Positions 1 to 8,498 of a DNA stretch of 53,900 bases are shown here, piece after piece. Each line of letters opens with the position of its first letter. The stretch's first letter is position 1. The notes under the pieces were generated by a model, which was given only the letters and a program-made list of their open reading frames with translations, searched no databases and was not told where the DNA came from. The stretch comes from a virus (lineage: Duplodnaviria; Caudoviricetes), in the IMG/VR virus record IMGVR_UViG_3300046167_000027, positions 1 through 53,900 of that record; one strand, given 5' to 3'. The position numbers and the translations under genes are program-made.

Positions 1-245
1 TCCTCCCCTCCGATATCCTTCTGTTGTCAAAAAACTGACACCTCTCATCGTAGATGTTATGGAAACTGATAGTAAATGAGTTGCATATCATGGTTAAAGC
101 ATTGATATTGCTACATATTTCCTTGCACATAACACGCATTACACATAATCCCTGCAAATCTGCACACATTATGCCTATATATGCCCACATATCACGCATA
201 TACACGGGGGTAGGCATGAGCCATAGGGGGGTTGGGGGTACGTAT
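1..245. repeat. Left direct terminal repeat (245 bp)
   Basis: 1-245 (tcctcccctc...gggtacgtat) matches 53656-53900. Confidence 0.95.
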
Positions 246-390
246 ACATGTATATCTACACAGATTAGGTAAATTGACTGTTAACTACAAGGGTAACTGT
301 GTATACATATATGTTCAAGCATAGCTAAATAAAGTGTTGCATAAATGTCACACGAATGTTATAATCGTACATGCCTAAAAATAATTGGGG

Positions 391-419
391 TTGACACGTT
401 TGATGATTAGTGGTATAAC
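391..419 (+). promoter_or_regulatory. Sigma70-type promoter for the left/late arm
   Basis: TTGACA(391-396)-N17-TATAAC(414-419) with extended -10 TG. Confidence 0.7.
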
Positions 420-580
420 TTAGGGCATAATCAACACACACTTAAATGTAAACACTTAACTATTATAGTTATTCTTGTTAAAGACATATATATGTAGCAC
501 TTAAATGTACATTTAAATGGTAAATAGAACTCCCTAATAAACATTTATAAGATTATATCCGTAATAAATAATAAAGTTAC

Positions 581-793
581 TTGACAATGAGACGAAAATC
601 AGTAAAACTATATACACCAGAGAATATGTTGGAATCATTCTATGATGCCATCCGTAATAATAAATTAAAAGAATTACATATACCACATAGTTCCGTATTT
701 TATATACGTGCTGCCATAGAAGCAGACACAGGAGTGCGATACACTCTTAAACATGTAGAGACAGCTATGATGGCAGAAGGAATGTTAGATTAA
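581..793 (+). CDS. Hypothetical protein (true start may be downstream)
   Basis: ORF whose stop overlaps the next start (TAATG). Confidence 0.65.
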   Translation: MTMRRKSVKLYTPENMLESFYDAIRNNKLKELHIPHSSVFYIRAAIEADTGVRYTLKHVETAMMAEGMLD

Positions 794-1002
794 TGTTTGA
801 AGCATTTGTACTTGTATGCATGATTGGTGACTCCAATGTGTGTCATACACTAAAAGATTTGGAAGGTCCATACGAAACTAAACAGGAATGTATAGTACGT
901 ACCTATGAAATGGCTGCTGACCTCCCAGACTACATGCCTATGTTCCAAGCATTGAAGTATAAATGCTTTGAAGATAAAGATTCAGATAAGATGAGAATAT
1001 AA
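793..1002 (+). CDS. Small Cys-containing protein with hydrophobic N-terminus, possibly exported
   Basis: MFEAFVLVC...C...C...KC; coupled to the upstream gene. Confidence 0.7.
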   Translation: MFEAFVLVCMIGDSNVCHTLKDLEGPYETKQECIVRTYEMAADLPDYMPMFQALKYKCFEDKDSDKMRI

Positions 1003-1005
1003 ACT

Positions 1006-1299
1006 ATGGCACATGAAAATAGACGAGCAGCATTGCTCAAGAAACATGGACTCAAAGGCGTGAACAAGCCTAAGAAAACGCCGGGTCATAAAACTAAATC
1101 ACATATGGTGTTAGCCGCTGAAGGGCATAACATGAAACTCATTCGCTTTGGACAACAAGGTGTAAGTGGTGCAGGAAAGAATCCTACTTCAGCAAAGGAT
1201 AAAGCACGTAAGAAGAGTTACTATGCTAGGCATAATGCTCAAGGTAAACCAACCACTAAGCTTAGTGCTAAGTATTGGTCACATAAAGTCAAATGGTAG
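1006..1299 (+). CDS. Lys-rich basic protein of a conserved viral type
   Basis: KLIRFGQQG...SYYARH...SAKYWS motif pattern. Confidence 0.75.
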   Translation: MAHENRRAALLKKHGLKGVNKPKKTPGHKTKSHMVLAAEGHNMKLIRFGQQGVSGAGKNPTSAKDKARKKSYYARHNAQGKPTTKLSAKYWSHKVKW

Positions 1300-1315
1300 G
1301 AAAGGAATATTACTA

Positions 1316-2030
1316 ATGAGTATTATAGCAAGACTATTAAGTAAAAAAGCAGGTTCAACAGTATCTCGTAAAGAGTTGATGGATACTAAACTTAACTTAA
1401 GAGCAGATTTAAGAAAAGCTAAAGAAATGGTTAAAGAAGGAAAGAGTGAAGCTTCATCTAAAAAAGCAGTTAAAAATATACAGCTTGATATAAAAAAGTT
1501 AAATAAATTAAAACCTGTTGCTGACAAACCAGAAGCTAAAAATAAATCTCTAGAAAAAGCATTAAAAGATGCAGGAAAAAAATCAAATAAAACTAAAAAT
1601 TTATTAGACCCTACTCCTAATTCTCCTAGAAGTGCTATCTTACAAGCTCAAGGATATAAAGGAAAACAAGCTGCTTTAGAAAACGAACTTGATAGAACAA
1701 AATATGCATATGAAAAGTTAAAAGATAAAACATCAGAAAAAGCTATGATGATGCGTAACAAAATAAAAGATATGCAAAAAAAAATAAAAGGTAAGAAGCA
1801 GATACCTATGCTACCTCAAAGGTAAAAACAAAGGTGGACTTATTGACACCTACAGCTAATCAAACAGGATTAAAGAAACTTGCCTACATCTGTACGTAAC
1901 AAAATGGGTTACATGTATGGTGGTGGAATGGCTAAGAAACCTAGAATGAGCCAATATGGACTATCGTAAAGGTGGTCTCGTAATAATGATAGGACAAGCA
2001 AAACCTATGAAAAACAAAAAAGGAAAATAA
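1316..2030 (+). CDS. Lys-rich basic protein with xxxGG motifs; 3' part broken by apparent indel errors
   Basis: ATG 1316 after AGGAAAGGA. Beyond 1825, shifting frames give KNKGGL...GLKKLPTSVRNKMGYMYGGGMAKK...MDYRKGGLV...KGK* (TAA 2028-2030). Confidence 0.55.
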
Positions 2031-2032
2031 CA

Positions 2033-2362
2033 ATGGCTATGGATGCAACAAAAGGAAAGTCAGATGCTGCGATAATGAAACAAATTATCAAAGATGCAAC
2101 TAAAGGTTTAAAAGGCGAAGATAAAGAAAAAGCAATTAGAGATTTATTTGTTAAGGTAATGCCTAAAACAAAAGCTATGGATGGTAAGAAAGTCCGTAAC
2201 CCTGTTAAAAAAATGGCAGCTAACAAAGGTGGCATGGCTAAAAAGAAAACTAAGTACATGGCAAAGGGTGGCATGACCAAAAAAACTAAGTACATGGCAA
2301 AGGGTGGTGCTATGAAGAAAACTAAATACATGGCTAAAGGTGGAGCAGTCAAACGTAAGTAA
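2033..2362 (+). CDS. Basic protein with tandem KKTKYMAKGG repeats
   Basis: ANKGG plus three KTKYMAKGG units. Confidence 0.85.
   Translation: MAMDATKGKSDAAIMKQIIKDATKGLKGEDKEKAIRDLFVKVMPKTKAMDGKKVRNPVKKMAANKGGMAKKKTKYMAKGGMTKKTKYMAKGGAMKKTKYMAKGGAVKRK
2221..2345 (+). repeat. Coding tandem repeat, ~33-36 nt unit (aaaactaagtacatggcaaagggtgg)
   Basis: Three near-identical units plus a partial unit. Confidence 0.85.
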
Positions 2363-3072
2363 TGTCGTACCTTATAAGTAACGTACCACATTTTAAATGT
2401 TGGGTACGTAAGGAGTTCACTTGTAATCATATGAATTATCACGGTGAATACCTACACGCACTAGCTTTCGCAGTCAATACCATACCTGATAGGTCACTAA
2501 GTTTTCAGGTAGTCTTCACAGGTTGTACAGAAGATGATAATGTACACGGTGGTGCAATGTGGGCAAGGATGCCTATACAAGCACTCGTAGCTGACATACC
2601 TGTAGACGAATGGGCAGAGCCAATGGAAGACCATTTATGTCAACCTTGGGATTGTGAATCAAGAAACCATAGCATCATAGTTATGGACAGAGTCAGTTCT
2701 AGTCCTTGGTTATGTAAAATAGGCAATGAGTTTTATAGAGCTAGATATATGTTTACTGTTGACTACACAGACAGTGACATAGCAGATGACCCTGCACAGC
2801 ATAAACAATCACACGTGATGTATTTGTTGGATGCAGGGAAATGGACAGGCAATATAGTTGCACTTCCAAATAACAGAGTAAGAGCTACAAGTCCTGCTCT
2901 ATGGGTTACAGGAGAAGGTGCTCCAGACTTTGCACCATCGCAGTGGACACACTCAGCAGAGTCACATGAATCTTACCTAGACCCATTCACTACATTTAAT
3001 AACTTGTATGAGGATAGAGATGCGAACAGCAAAACCAAAAGCAAAAAGAGTAATAAAAAAAGTAGTAAGTAA
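2362..3072 (+). CDS. Conserved phage protein of unknown function (Trp/His/Cys-rich, globular)
   Basis: 236-aa ORF; motifs HGGAMWARMP, QPWDC, QHKQSH, ALPNNRVR. Confidence 0.85.
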   Translation: MSYLISNVPHFKCWVRKEFTCNHMNYHGEYLHALAFAVNTIPDRSLSFQVVFTGCTEDDNVHGGAMWARMPIQALVADIPVDEWAEPMEDHLCQPWDCESRNHSIIVMDRVSSSPWLCKIGNEFYRARYMFTVDYTDSDIADDPAQHKQSHVMYLLDAGKWTGNIVALPNNRVRATSPALWVTGEGAPDFAPSQWTHSAESHESYLDPFTTFNNLYEDRDANSKTKSKKSNKKSSK

Positions 3073-3315
3073 ATTAAAGAAAGCTAGTAAGGCTCATGCA
3101 GGTCAAGCTAAAACTTTATCAGCTTTAAAACTAAACAAGGGTGGAAGCACAGTCAATGCTGCAGGTAACTATACCTAAACCAACAATGCGTAAGAACATA
3201 TTCAACCGTATCAAAGCAGGTGGTAAGGGAGGTGCTCCCGGTCAATGGTCAGCCAGAAAAGCACAGATGGTCGCATCAGCCTTATAAAAAAGCAGGTGGT
3301 GGATATAGAGGATAA
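3020..3315 (+). CDS. Basic protein resembling the N-terminal half of DUF5872-type proteins; two apparent indels (~3175, ~3281)
   Basis: Reconstructed MRTAKPKAK...LNKGGSTVNAAGNYT(K)PTMRKNIFNRIKAGGKGGAPGQWSARKAQMVASA(Y)KKAGGGYRG*; absent from the ORF track. Confidence 0.65.
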
Positions 3316-3623
3316 TGGCAAAAAAGAAAAAGGCAGACCCTAAAGTTGGCACAGGTAAAAAACCGAAAGGTAGTGATAGACGATTATACACGGATGAAAA
3401 CCCTAAAGACACAGTTAGCATCAAGTTTGCCACGGTCACCGATGCCAAAGACACCATTGCAAAAGTTAAAAGAATCAATAAACCATATGCGAGAAAGATA
3501 CAAATACTTACTGTCCTTGAACAACGAGCCAAAGTATCTGGGAAGAGGGAGCAAGCAGCTCTCGCAAAAAGAGCAAAAGAACAACTAAAAAGGAAACACG
3601 AGAATGACAAAAGAAAAGTGTGA
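3315..3623 (+). CDS. Basic hypothetical protein
   Basis: GTGKKPKGSDRRLYTDENPKDTV; TAATG coupling. Confidence 0.8.
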   Translation: MAKKKKADPKVGTGKKPKGSDRRLYTDENPKDTVSIKFATVTDAKDTIAKVKRINKPYARKIQILTVLEQRAKVSGKREQAALAKRAKEQLKRKHENDKRKV

Positions 3624-3714
3624 TACTTGTGAGTGTTACGAATGTGACTGCAAAGAGTGTACATGTGAATGTCACAAGGAAGAACAAGAGGAGGTACAAG
3701 GAGTACCTGTATAA
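3604..3714 (+). CDS. 36-aa Cys-rich metallothionein-like peptide
   Basis: MTKEKCDTCECYECDCKECTCECHKEEQEEVQGVPV*; AAGGA upstream; fills the gap between neighbours. Confidence 0.7.
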   Translation: MTKEKCDTCECYECDCKECTCECHKEEQEEVQGVPV

Positions 3715-3717
3715 TAA

Positions 3718-3900
3718 ATGATTGAGTTTGTGTTAGTGTTTATGATGGGATTAAGAGTAGTAGACCAAACACAAACCTTTGAAGACATAGATAGATGCTT
3801 GTACTTTGCAGAGAGATTACACAAGCAGCCATCAGTACCACAGATGGAAGGACCTAATCTACAGATAACAGCATACTGTAAGCCTAGAAGGAAAAGATAA
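3718..3900 (+). CDS. Small protein with hydrophobic N-terminus and two Cys
   Basis: ORF with upstream GGAG; coupled to the next gene. Confidence 0.7.
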   Translation: MIEFVLVFMMGLRVVDQTQTFEDIDRCLYFAERLHKQPSVPQMEGPNLQITAYCKPRRKR

Positions 3901-4345
3901 TGTTAGCAGAACTCGCAGCAGCAAATGCAGCCTTCGGTGTAATCAAGAGTTTTATATCTAACGGTAAGGAACTTTCAGGTTGTGCTAAACAGATATCAGA
4001 TTTTGTATTTTCTAAGGAAGCTATAGAGAAAAACCTTAAAAAGAAAAAAGCCAAAGGCATAGGTGGTGCAGACTTAGAAGAGTTCATGGCTCTTGAGCAG
4101 ATAAGAGAAAAAGAAGAAGAACTCAAGAAGATGATGATATATCTAGGTAGACCCGGGATTGTGGCAGGATTGGCAACAGTTTCCAAGCTGAAGCAAGAAA
4201 GTCTAGACGTTATCAAGAGAAGATGGCAGAGAAGCGTAGAGAAGAGATAATGGAATACGTAGGCTATAGTATAGGGTTTATTATCATTGTATTCTTCGCA
4301 GGATTAGCAGCTTGGTTTGTAGCTAAGTGGACAGGTAGATTATAA
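3900..4345 (+). CDS. Coiled-coil protein with C-terminal TM helix (apparent indels ~4155-4180)
   Basis: Reconstructed ...LGRPGLWQDWQQFQAEARK...IGFIIIVFFAGLAAWFVAKWTGRL*. Confidence 0.6.
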
Positions 4346-4482
4346 CTCCATGTATAGGCATCTGCACGTTGCAAGAGAATGTCTGCATAGGATGTAAAAG
4401 AACAATAGAAGAAATTAAGGAAGCATATGAAAGCACCACAAAAGTCACTAGCGAATTGGACAAAACAGAAGTGGACAACTAA
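4339..4482 (+). CDS. DUF1289-like small Cys protein (start codon unclear)
   Basis: ITPCIGICTLQENVCIGCKRTIEEI fits the PCxxxC...CxGCxRTxxEI signature; no in-frame ATG. Confidence 0.5.
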   Translation: MITPCIGICTLQENVCIGCKRTIEEIKEAYESTTKVTSELDKTEVDN

Positions 4483-4672
4483 AAGTGGTAAACCTAGTAC
4501 ACAAGGGTCAAAAGCTACCGGTGAACGTTATCTACCTGAAAAAGCGATTAAGGCTCTTTCTAACAAAGAATATGCCGCCAGTACGGCTGCTAAACGCCAA
4601 GCAACTAGAAGAGGTAAACAAGTATCTAAACAACCCAAAAAGATTGCTAGAAAAACGGCGAGATTTAGATGA
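4427..4672 (+). CDS. Basic protein resembling the C-terminal half of DUF5872-type proteins
   Basis: QKSLANWTKQKWTT...ERYLPEKAIKALS. Confidence 0.75.
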   Translation: MKAPQKSLANWTKQKWTTKSGKPSTQGSKATGERYLPEKAIKALSNKEYAASTAAKRQATRRGKQVSKQPKKIARKTARFR

Positions 4673-4794
4673 GAAAAGACAAATTGTACTTAAGCTTGGC
4701 GAAGCCGCTGCTGAAGCTAGGAAACTATCTATTCAACAAGCACGTGAAAGCTCTAAGAAAAAGACAAGAAAACGAAGGAACTAGAAGATTATAG
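4669..4794 (+). CDS. 41-aa hypothetical protein
   Basis: MRKDKLYLSLAKPLLKLGNYLFNKHVKALRKRQENEGTRRL*; ATGA overlap with the upstream stop. Confidence 0.55.
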   Translation: MRKDKLYLSLAKPLLKLGNYLFNKHVKALRKRQENEGTRRL

Positions 4795-5000
4795 TGGAAA
4801 AAGATAAAAAAATTATAAACTTAGATGTAGGTTCTAATAGTTTTGAATTATCTTTAAGAATATTAGGTAATGAATTTGTTGCTATAAAGATTGGCTCAAC
4901 AAACTTTTCTGGTAAATTAATTGCAGGTGGCATTTTATTATTATTCTTTACTCTAGTTTTGCTTGAAGGATTTGGTTTAAATGAGATTTTAATACAGTGA
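4794..5000 (+). CDS. Small membrane protein
   Basis: ELSLRILGNE plus a C-terminal hydrophobic helix. Confidence 0.65.
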   Translation: MEKDKKIINLDVGSNSFELSLRILGNEFVAIKIGSTNFSGKLIAGGILLLFFTLVLLEGFGLNEILIQ

Positions 5001-5242
5001 TTGCTGAAACAATAATAAAATTAAAACTATTACCAAGATTTATGATGTTAGCTAGTACAGTTATGTCATGGAGATGTGCCGAATGGTTTATGGGTTTAGA
5101 TGCACCTACAGCAGCACAGTCTGCTTTTGTATCAGTAGTTATGGGTGTGATGACAGGTGTCTTTGGCATTTGGATGGGTCACGAACATAAAGGAGACAAC
5201 GATGTTAACAGCATTAATAGGACCAATCGCAAACCTCGCTAG
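4997..5242 (+). CDS. Two-TM membrane protein in the lysis cluster
   Basis: Two hydrophobic segments; precedes the holin. Confidence 0.65.
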   Translation: MIAETIIKLKLLPRFMMLASTVMSWRCAEWFMGLDAPTAAQSAFVSVVMGVMTGVFGIWMGHEHKGDNDVNSINRTNRKPR

Positions 5243-5594
5243 TTCTTGGATGAGTAGTAAGGTTGAGAAGGTCAAAGCAGATGGACAAGCTAAAGTAGCA
5301 CAAGCTAGAGCTAAAGCAGTTGTAGCTGAGAAAGTTGCTACAGGCGAAGTGGCATGGGAAAAATCTATGGCAGATGCTTCCGATAATTCTTGGAAAGACG
5401 AATTTGCCTTGATTGTTTTGTTATTACCTGCTATACTAGTGTTTGTACCTAGCATGACAGAATATGTAAGAGTAGGCTTTGAGGTATTGAATACACTTCC
5501 TGAATGGTATCAATATCTTTTATTTATAGCAATTAGTGCATCTTTTGGTATTAAAGGTGCAGGTCAGGCTATGAAAATTATGGGGAAGAAATGA
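5202..5594 (+). CDS. Putative holin (3TM/GTA-holin-like)
   Basis: ATG 5202 after AGGAG; SWKDEF-TM...WYQYLL...ASFG; directly upstream of the lysozyme. Confidence 0.65.
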   Translation: MLTALIGPIANLASSWMSSKVEKVKADGQAKVAQARAKAVVAEKVATGEVAWEKSMADASDNSWKDEFALIVLLLPAILVFVPSMTEYVRVGFEVLNTLPEWYQYLLFIAISASFGIKGAGQAMKIMGKK

Positions 5595-6059
5595 ACTTAA
5601 TAAAACTACAAGACGAGATATCAAAAGACGAAGGTATAAAGTTTGAAACATATAGATGTTCACTTGGGCATTTAACAGGGGGTATAGGACATCTTATTAC
5701 TGAATGGGATGAAGAGATATATTCAGGACCTGTAGGAACTGCAATACCAACTGAGCAAGTAAATGACTGGTTTGCGAAAGACATAGAAACAACTATAAAA
5801 GATTGTAACCTACTCTTTTCGCAATTTAATAATCTACCTGACGATATACAACATGTATTAGCTAACATGTGTTTTCAATTAGGTAGACCAAGGCTATCTA
5901 AATTTAAGAACATGATTGCTGCCGTAGAAGATTTAGATTGGCATAGAATGGCAGACGAGATGGAAAACTCTCGTTGGTTTAAGCAAACACCTAACAGAGC
6001 CTAAACGTTTAATAGCAATCGTTGATAGACAATATCACAGAGAGAATATACCGGTATGA
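5591..6059 (+). CDS. Endolysin, phage lysozyme (GH24, T4-lysozyme-like); apparent indel ~6001
   Basis: DEG...YRCSLGHLTGGIGHL; C-terminal SRWFKQTPNRA(KRL). Confidence 0.85.
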
Positions 6060-6420
6060 GTAGGCAACTAACTGAAAGACAACAAAAGTTTCTTGATGTA
6101 CTATTTGATGGTGCAGGTGGGGATGTAGGCACAGGCTAAAGTTCTTGCAGGATACTCTGAAACTTCTAGTACAACAGATATAATTAAGTCTCTTAAAGAA
6201 GAGATTATGGAAGCTACACAACTATATATGGGTAGAAACGCACCTAAAGGCCGCTGTGGCTATGGTAAGTGGTGTAGATGACCCTACCCAGCTTGGCATA
6301 CGAGACAAGCTCTCAGCGAGCAAGGAACTGCTAGACAGAGTAGGTTTAATTAAAACCGAGAAGGTACAAGTAGAAGCATCAGGTGGAGTAATGATATTAC
6401 CACCAAAGAATAAGGAGTAA
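6056..6420 (+). CDS. terS: Terminase small subunit (apparent indels ~6128 and ~6250; absent from the ORF track)
   Basis: Reconstructed MSRQLTERQQKFLDVLF...AKVLAGYS...AAVAMV...KELLDRVGLIKTEKVQV...ILPPK; LTxxQxxF/AGYS pattern; upstream of terL. Confidence 0.65.
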
Positions 6421-6424
6421 AATA

Positions 6425-6664
6425 GTGGGTACATTTGATACAGAAGAAGAATTTAAAAAAGGTTTTAAAAAAGCAAGTTTAAAAAAATTAAAAGAATTTG
6501 TTTCTAGTACAGGTGCAATAGATAGTGATGATGATTTAAAAAGTATGACTAAACCAGAAATTGTAGAAATTATACAAAATTATATGGGTTATAATAGAGG
6601 AGGTTTAGTGACTAAAAAATATGCTAATCCTGTTACTATTATAAATAATTTAAAAAAGAAATAA
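6425..6664 (+). CDS. Hypothetical protein with YNRGG motif
   Basis: GTG start after AGGAG. Confidence 0.65.
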   Translation: MGTFDTEEEFKKGFKKASLKKLKEFVSSTGAIDSDDDLKSMTKPEIVEIIQNYMGYNRGGLVTKKYANPVTIINNLKKK

Positions 6665-7065
6665 TGAACAGAAGTTTAGGAAAGTGGAAGCTACCACAAC
6701 CTACAGATATAAAAGATGAAGAAGGTAAAGAGTGGTCTAAGATACCACGTATATCACGAATAGTACCTTTTGGTTATGAGAAAAATGAAGAAGACCCTGA
6801 CATACTTAATCCGATACCCTTTGAACTTGAAGCTATTGAGATGGCTAGAAAATATGTAAAACAGTATTCCTTTCGGCAAGTTGCTAATTGGGTTACTCAA
6901 AAAACAGGTAGAGAAATATCTCACGTAGGATTAAGAAAAAGGTTAATGCATGAGCAACAACGTAAGAACCAAGCTAGAACTCTCAGAAAATGGTCTGAGT
7001 ACGCCCAGAAGGCAATCGAAAAGGCGAAAGCCATCGAAGAAGAAAGAACAGGTTCAAGAGCTTAG
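6664..7065 (+). CDS. Putative DNA-binding protein (recombinase-domain/HTH-like)
   Basis: VPFGY...YSFRQVANW...ISHVGL. Confidence 0.6.
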   Translation: MNRSLGKWKLPQPTDIKDEEGKEWSKIPRISRIVPFGYEKNEEDPDILNPIPFELEAIEMARKYVKQYSFRQVANWVTQKTGREISHVGLRKRLMHEQQRKNQARTLRKWSEYAQKAIEKAKAIEEERTGSRA

Positions 7066-8497
7066 TGTAGTAAAAGTAGAACGTGTAGATGATGAAGATT
7101 CTCTTAACGTAGTATTTAAACCTAACACAGGACCACAAACGGACTTTCTTGCAGCAGGTGAACGAGAAGTATTATATGGAGGTAGTGCAGGTGGTGGTAA
7201 ATCATATGCCATGCTTGCTGACCCACTCCGATATATGGGTCATCCATCATTTAGTGGATTACTATTAAGACATACAACAGAAGAACTACGAGAGTTAGTA
7301 TGGAAGTCGCAAGAAATATACCCTAAGATTTGGAAGGGTATAAAATGGTCAGAGAGAAAGATGCAATGGGTAGCACCATCAGGTGCGAGATTGTGGATGT
7401 CATACCTTGACAGAGACGATGACGTATTAAGATATCAAGGATTGGCATTTAGTTGGATAGGTTTTGACGAGTTAACCCAATGGGCAACTCCTTTTGCGTG
7501 GAACTACATGCGTTCACGTTTAAGAACAGCATCATCAGACTTGCCAATCTATATGAGAGCAACCACTAACCCGGGAGGTCCGGGACATGGTTGGGTTAAA
7601 AAAATGTTTATTGACCCTGCTCCTTATGGAAAGACATTCGATGCGACAGATATTGAGACAGGGGAAATACTTAAGTATCCAGCAGGACATAGCAAAGCTG
7701 GACAAGGATTATTTAAAAGGAAGTTTATCCCTGCAAGACTATCTGACAATCCGTATCTCTCTAGAGAAGGCGATTACGAAGCAATGTTGTTATCATTGCC
7801 AGAACAACAACGTAGGCAATTACTTGAGGGCGATTGGGATATTAAAGAAGGTGCTGCCTTTACGGAATTTAATCGTGATATCCACGTGGTTGAGCCTTTC
7901 CGTATCCCTAGTAATTGGGTCAAATTTAGGTCTTGTGATTATGGGTATGGTTCTTACAGTGGAGTGTTATGGTTTGCTGTCTCGCCATCTGAACAACTTA
8001 TTGTCTATAGAGAACTCTATGTTAGCAAAGTCCTTGCCACAGATTTGGCAGATATGATAAATGAATTAGAAGCTGAAGATGGTAATATAAAGTATGGTAT
8101 TTTAGATAGTTCTTTATGGCACAAACGTGGAGACACAGGACCTTCACTAGCAGAACAAATGATTATGAGAGGGTGTAGATTTAGACCTTCTGATAGAAGT
8201 AAGGGTAGTCGTGTATCAGGTAAGAATGAGATACACAGACGTTTGCAAGTAGACGAATATACAGAAGAACCTAGAATAGTATTTTTTGATAATTGTACTA
8301 ATATGGTTTCACAATTACCGTCTATACCTTTGGATAAAAAGAATCCTGAAGATGTAGACACTAGGGCAGAAGACCACTTGTACGATGCATTAAGGTATGG
8401 TATAATGTCACGACCACGATTTAGTATATTTGATTACGACCCACATGGCACACCTACTAGGAGTATGCCTGTAGCAGATTCAACGTTTGGATATTAA
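6950..8497 (+). CDS. terL: Terminase large subunit
   Basis: Walker A GGSAGGGKS, Walker B IGFDE, ATTNPGG, nuclease DYGY and DHLYDALRY. Confidence 0.95.
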   Translation: MSNNVRTKLELSENGLSTPRRQSKRRKPSKKKEQVQELSVVKVERVDDEDSLNVVFKPNTGPQTDFLAAGEREVLYGGSAGGGKSYAMLADPLRYMGHPSFSGLLLRHTTEELRELVWKSQEIYPKIWKGIKWSERKMQWVAPSGARLWMSYLDRDDDVLRYQGLAFSWIGFDELTQWATPFAWNYMRSRLRTASSDLPIYMRATTNPGGPGHGWVKKMFIDPAPYGKTFDATDIETGEILKYPAGHSKAGQGLFKRKFIPARLSDNPYLSREGDYEAMLLSLPEQQRRQLLEGDWDIKEGAAFTEFNRDIHVVEPFRIPSNWVKFRSCDYGYGSYSGVLWFAVSPSEQLIVYRELYVSKVLATDLADMINELEAEDGNIKYGILDSSLWHKRGDTGPSLAEQMIMRGCRFRPSDRSKGSRVSGKNEIHRRLQVDEYTEEPRIVFFDNCTNMVSQLPSIPLDKKNPEDVDTRAEDHLYDALRYGIMSRPRFSIFDYDPHGTPTRSMPVADSTFGY

Positions 8498-8498
8498 T

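Noticed and set aside
54-272. ORFs 54-272 (+) and 53636-53872 (-) in the terminal repeat
   Set aside because: No RBS, atypical composition, and they lie in a repeat/signal region; probably non-coding
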